This document shows, in pieces, positions 60,143-64,000 of a DNA stretch of 64,000 nt (position 1 is the first letter of the stretch; each line of letters begins with the position of its first letter). The notes beneath the pieces were generated by a model that saw nothing but the letters and a program-made list of their open reading frames with translations, had not been told where the DNA came from and ran no database searches. A program made the translations under genes and the position numbers. This DNA comes from Candidatus Woesebacteria bacterium. GTDB lineage: Bacteria > Patescibacteriota > Microgenomatia > UBA1400 > UBA12028. The DNA lies in assembly GCA_040006915.1 (NCBI GenBank), contig JBDTWD010000006.1:1897-65896 (forward strand), written 5' to 3'.

Positions 60143-60742
60143 TTATTGCCCTGTATATTCTTTCTTAATTGTAACAGTCATTGAACTTATAGCCGCAAAA
60201 CTTTTATTGATTCTGCCACAAATAAGATGATTTTGTAGGAGAACACTCTCCTGTATTACAATCCTAATCTCTGTTAATAACTTCTCTGCATTATCAGCAT
60301 TAGGAATTCTTAATTGCCCTTTTAACACAGCTTGGATAAGGAATGTTTCGCTATTTCCTCGAAGAGCGCGAGCAAGTGCTTCTACAGCATAGGGAACAAA
60401 ATCTTTATTTTTAGACGGAACACTTAAAAGAACTCGTCTTAACTCCTGTTGTAGTTTTTCTGCTAATTGATCCCGTTCTACAGGTTTTTCCTCAACCTTT
60501 AGAGGTTGTGGTGGTTGAATAACGTCCGATTCTACTTTTCCTCTACGATGTTGAAGATGACCTGGAAAAACCGCTTGTCGCCGTCTTTGTCTTCCAAACT
60601 TTCCTCCGGCTTTTGCAAAAGCTCCTCCATGTTCGCCACGTTCTCTTGGGTTTCCCAACGGATCATCGGTCGCCGAATCTGCATCTCCAACAGGAAGACT
60701 TTTACTCTCGCTTGCAATAATAGGGCCGAATTCTCTAGGCAT
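60143..60742 (-). CDS. Hypothetical protein
   Basis: Starts 4 nt after rpsO stop. Confidence 0.55.
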   Translation of the reverse strand: MPREFGPIIASESKSLPVGDADSATDDPLGNPRERGEHGGAFAKAGGKFGRQRRRQAVFPGHLQHRRGKVESDVIQPPQPLKVEEKPVERDQLAEKLQQELRRVLLSVPSKNKDFVPYAVEALARALRGNSETFLIQAVLKGQLRIPNADNAEKLLTEIRIVIQESVLLQNHLICGRINKSFAAISSMTVTIKKEYTGQ

Positions 60743-60746
60743 ACTA

Positions 60747-61016
60747 CTATTTACTTAAGTTCAATTTTGCCAAAACTTCTTTGGCACGTTTCTCATCCTT
60801 ACGGACCAAGAAATTGACCAAGCGACGTCGTTTGGCAACCATTTTTAAGAGTCCTTTACGGGAATGATTATCTTTCTTGTGTTTCTTCAAGTGCTCTGTC
60901 AAATCATTAACCTGATAAGTCAAAAGTGCAATTTGCACCTCTGGTGATCCGGTGTCGCCTTCTTTGGTGGCGAAGTCGGTCATGATTTTTTGTTTGGCTG
61001 TTTTATCGAGAGCCAT
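60747..61016 (-). CDS. rpsO: 30S ribosomal protein S15
   Basis: [33 protein letters not shown]. Confidence 0.98.
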   Translation of the reverse strand: MALDKTAKQKIMTDFATKEGDTGSPEVQIALLTYQVNDLTEHLKKHKKDNHSRKGLLKMVAKRRRLVNFLVRKDEKRAKEVLAKLNLSK

Positions 61017-61138
61017 ATGGTGTATCCTCCCTTGCTATCCGAGTAAAAAACCCAAGATAGAAAGTATCACTAACTATATAAGACCCATAGTATACCAGAG
61101 GCGAAGAGGATATTCAAATGGCACTCCTCGTTAGAACC

Positions 61139-61429
61139 TTAATCTTCCATTTTTTCATTTTCATTCGCTCGAAGATACGCAGGGTCTTTCTTTCCGTAAT
61201 AGAGGCTTCCATCCACTATATCTATATAAAAAGGATCTCCAATATTCAGATTGTCCCACATGTCATTCCAAAAACCAACAATTCCTGGAACCAAAGGAAT
61301 GAGTAAATCCTGGCTAGAACCCTCAAACACTAATCGAACAGTCATCTCTTCCATTTCCATTCCAGCAATAATATTTTTGCCAACAAATGGTCGATAGGCT
61401 TCGAACTTCTTAAGAATATCAACAGGCAT
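61139..61429 (-). CDS. Hypothetical protein
   Basis: Starts 2 nt after upstream stop. Confidence 0.55.
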   Translation of the reverse strand: MPVDILKKFEAYRPFVGKNIIAGMEMEEMTVRLVFEGSSQDLLIPLVPGIVGFWNDMWDNLNIGDPFYIDIVDGSLYYGKKDPAYLRANENEKMED

Positions 61430-61431
61430 AG

Positions 61432-62376
61432 TTATCCTTTCAATTCACCAGTAGCAGAATATCCGGCAGGCATGGTTCCCCCCGCTTGAGCGGTTTTGGA
61501 TAAGGCTGCAGCGAATGGGTTGTTGTTCGCAGGCACTGGTGTAGAAGCAGGGGCTGAGGAATTTCCACTTACTACTGGCTGTGTTGCACTGTTCCCTAGA
61601 AATGGCATTTGATTGGGACTCAAAGTCCCCTGTTGCCCAACTGGTTGACGCTTGCCACCAGCACGCAGAAGAGCGGCTACGGTCTCAAATGTATCAGCAC
61701 TGACGGTTGGACTATTCAAGCTTTGGGTAATGGAATCAAGGCCATACAAGAAATTTGAAGCACTATCATTCTCCAAAGGGAGATCTAGCTGCACACATAC
61801 ATTGGCTACCATCTCAGCCAAACTACTCATCCCGCTGGCATCAGCATGAAACTGGGCATAAGTTCCAACTGGAAACAAGGTAAAGGCAATAGTAAATGAT
61901 CCTTCGATCACATTGCGTTCTTCTTCATAGAAAGAACCGATATCAGTGTATCCATTCACTCCAATCAAAAAGGTCGCATCCGCTTCAACCCCAGCATAGT
62001 CAAATGCGACTGTGGCTGGATCTAACGCACTCACTCCCGTCTTTGGCGCAATCACTAAATTAAATCGCTTACCGTCATCACTAATGGTGTAGCTGACTTT
62101 TTCGACTTTGTCTTCATTATAGTCAAATGACACGACTAAATTTCGGTTGCCAATCTTTTTCTTCACTTCATCAACGCCGACTAATCTTGAAAATTCCACT
62201 CGCATGTCAGCCGGACAGGCAATTTGGACATCAATTCCTTTTTTGCGTAGCACTAAAAATAACCCCAGGGCGGAGGCCGCGGAGTCAATATTGGGAGTAC
62301 TACTCATTAAAATAAGCGCTTTATGGATTGAAGAAATCTTTTCTTTTAGTGAATCAAGCGAAGGAACGGACTTCAT
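61432..62376 (-). CDS. DHH-like protein (degenerate, CPR-type)
   Basis: PNIDSAASALGL, RNLVVSFDY..VEKVSY, SSLAEMV, LYGL..T. Confidence 0.65.
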   Translation of the reverse strand: MKSVPSLDSLKEKISSIHKALILMSSTPNIDSAASALGLFLVLRKKGIDVQIACPADMRVEFSRLVGVDEVKKKIGNRNLVVSFDYNEDKVEKVSYTISDDGKRFNLVIAPKTGVSALDPATVAFDYAGVEADATFLIGVNGYTDIGSFYEEERNVIEGSFTIAFTLFPVGTYAQFHADASGMSSLAEMVANVCVQLDLPLENDSASNFLYGLDSITQSLNSPTVSADTFETVAALLRAGGKRQPVGQQGTLSPNQMPFLGNSATQPVVSGNSSAPASTPVPANNNPFAAALSKTAQAGGTMPAGYSATGELKG

Positions 62377-62415
62377 TGTGGTTGATCCTAACACAGTAGA
62401 GAAAAGATGCAAGAG

Positions 62416-62453
62416 AAAAGAACAAGGCCAGGTACGTACAAGACGTCCTGGCC
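62416..62453 (-). terminator. Intrinsic terminator of the small-peptide transcript
   Basis: GGCCAGGACGT-CTTGT-ACGTACCTGGCC-TTGTTCTTTT. Confidence 0.7.
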
Positions 62454-62482
62454 GATGTTATGGAAATGAGGAGGTGAAACTT

Positions 62483-62572
62483 CTACCAAGCTTGGTTATT
62501 AAATGCTGCCATTAGGCAAACACTCACGAACCCCACTACGATGAAGCCCATTATCACTATTAATATCTCCAC
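62483..62572 (-). CDS. 29-aa hydrophobic peptide MEILIVIMGFIVVGFVSVCLMAAFNNQAW
   Basis: GTG start 8 nt after AGGAG; own promoter and terminator. Confidence 0.6.
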   Translation of the reverse strand: MEILIVIMGFIVVGFVSVCLMAAFNNQAW

Positions 62573-62646
62573 TAGACCTTCTCCTTTTGCATATATGTCC
62601 CTGCTATCGCAAACGACAGCAAGACAGATTAGTGTTTCCACACACT

Positions 62647-62675
62647 ATTATAGGCCATATTTGAGCTTTTTTCAA
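62647..62675 (-). promoter_or_regulatory. Near-consensus sigma70 promoter
   Basis: TTGAAA-17nt-TATAAT. Confidence 0.75.
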
Positions 62676-62690
62676 GTATTGAGGGGGGAT

Positions 62691-62733
62691 AAAGGGAAGG
62701 AGTACCCCTGTACCTTAAGCACAGGGATACTCC
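62691..62733 (-). terminator. Hairpin terminator after the 62744-63118 gene
   Basis: GGAGTATCCCTGT...ACAGGGGTACTCC followed by TTCCCTTT. Confidence 0.6.
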
Positions 62734-62743
62734 AACAACACAA

Positions 62744-63118
62744 CTATGGAGATGAATAACACACCACCGTATATCTTGACCCCACACGGATATGAATTCG
62801 ATCCTCGTCTCTGGTAAAAAACACAGCGGTATCACCATGACGAGCAACGACCGGAAAATCCGAAAACACTGTCCGTTTAGGGGCGCTACTCGCTACCCAC
62901 CTCTCCAAGTCCCAGTCGTACCTGTAAGTATTACCCTCAGGTCCATAGACAAGGACATATGCATCGGTTCCTGAGGAACCAATGCCGAAAATAGACTGTT
63001 GCCCACACTCATCGAATGGAGACGTCAACAGCGAGATGAGTATTACTACTGCTGCCGCCAGCCCTACGAGGGCTACTACTACCCATAGAATCTTGGGATT
63101 CTTCAGATGAGTCACCAT
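62744..63118 (-). CDS. Membrane-anchored hypothetical protein
   Basis: SD GAGG; N-terminal TM. Confidence 0.65.
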   Translation of the reverse strand: MVTHLKNPKILWVVVALVGLAAAVVILISLLTSPFDECGQQSIFGIGSSGTDAYVLVYGPEGNTYRYDWDLERWVASSAPKRTVFSDFPVVARHGDTAVFFTRDEDRIHIRVGSRYTVVCYSSP

Positions 63119-63310
63119 CTATCTACCTCTTTCTGTTGTGTTGGAAAAGGACTGTGGCCACAGAAATCAGATGCTTACATCTGCTCTCCATGATCACAAA
63201 TACGAGAGCTAGTATATCCCTAGAACCGTCAAAATTCAATACTATAGGATAAAACAGAGCGGCCCGATGTATAGTCGGACCGCCTATATTCTTCGTTTTG
63301 TACTATCTAT

Positions 63311-64000
63311 CTAGATTGGGCATGCCCCACTGGCACACTTTAAGCTATCCAGATCAATATCTTCTTTCAGATCGTCATCCTCTTGGATTTCATTGACTAC
63401 TTTCATGAAATCAACACTGGTGACTGGCTGCTCTGGCTGATATTCATACGCTGAAGCATCAGTCTGTGGCATCACGGAACAGCATTTCACTTGCGACTGA
63501 TACATCCGTACCATCTTGGAAAAATCTTTGAAATTCACTTTCTTGGGATCGTACTTTAAGGTATAACTGACTTGGTTACCGGTATCTTCCAAAGGCTCTC
63601 CGCTTTCATCCACACCTTGGATCCAATACTTCTCCAACAAAATCAGCCACTTGTACTGCTCTTCTGGCTTGGCTTCAGCTGCAGTAATTAAGGCTCCATC
63701 CATTCCTAACTTACAAATCTCAGGTTGAGTTGGAAAGCCAATGACCGTGGTTCCTGAGTATGATTTCAGTTCCTTGGTAGGATATCCCATCTTTTTATAT
63801 TTTTTGACCAATGGATCATCATTTCGAAACTGTACCCAGCGAATGTATTCGCGCATCGATGGTAAGTGAGCCCCTTCAGTCAAACCAAAGAGTTTACTGG
63901 TGGTCCCAGCTGGCTTGATAGTGGTATTGGTATGTGGAGTAGTCACTCCCATGTGCTTACTATATGTTGCGGCTTCCTCCACCACTGCCCGCTTAAATCG
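63311..64000 (-). CDS. nrdJ: Class II (B12-dependent, monomeric RTPR-type) ribonucleotide reductase, C-terminal part
   Basis: TTIKPAGTTSKL, NQVSYT, YEYQPE, C-terminal CASGACPI; frame open to window edge. Confidence 0.88.
   Translation of the reverse strand, partial: RFKRAVVEEAATYSKHMGVTTPHTNTTIKPAGTTSKLFGLTEGAHLPSMREYIRWVQFRNDDPLVKKYKKMGYPTKELKSYSGTTVIGFPTQPEICKLGMDGALITAAEAKPEEQYKWLILLEKYWIQGVDESGEPLEDTGNQVSYTLKYDPKKVNFKDFSKMVRMYQSQVKCCSVMPQTDASAYEYQPEQPVTSVDFMKVVNEIQEDDDLKEDIDLDSLKCASGACPI

Noticed and set aside
62466-62480. Plus-strand perfect SD GAGGAGGTGA
   Set aside because: No start codon at usable spacing; better explained as an anti-SD on the minus-strand transcript.
1-64000. CRISPR array, rRNA, transposase or prophage
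   Set aside because: No regularly spaced repeats and no recognisable Cas, transposase, integrase or phage structural motifs were seen.
1-64000. Alternative genetic code (UGA recoded)
   Set aside because: Conserved genes are full length under code 11, and TGA ends genes at the expected C-termini (e.g. msrB).

Overview
A 64 kb window of ordinary bacterial chromosome using the standard genetic code. Gene content suggests a CPR/Patescibacteria (Microgenomates-like) organism, which is an inference. It shows split transketolase, gpmI and eno, a DHH-like protein, large O-antigen-ligase and GT-C membrane proteins, a class II RNR and many small DUF genes. The left part (1-28 kb) holds central carbon, DNA repair and oxidative stress genes, an RND pump and a two-component cluster. 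The middle (28-50 kb) is a dense island of small stand-alone detox/resistance-type genes (five VOC, two DUF1801, AAC(3)-I-like, TopIB) ending at a tRNA-Asn gene. The right part carries nfi-bcp, a DEAD-box helicase, pnp, rpsO and nrdJ. The most notable signals are missing from the ORF track: (1) a leaderless Cys-Cys leader peptide with a textbook 1:2/2:3/3:4 attenuator at 49.2-49.3 kb; (2) tRNA-Asn(GUU) split by a 201-nt group I intron at position 35/36; (3) a self-contained transcript encoding a 29-aa hydrophobic peptide with a 3' anti-SD, resembling a type I toxin, at 62.4-62.7 kb; (4) pervasive leaderless promoters; (5) a CTTAC-N6-CTTAC direct repeat shared by several stress-type genes. No CRISPR array, rRNA or intact transposase was seen.
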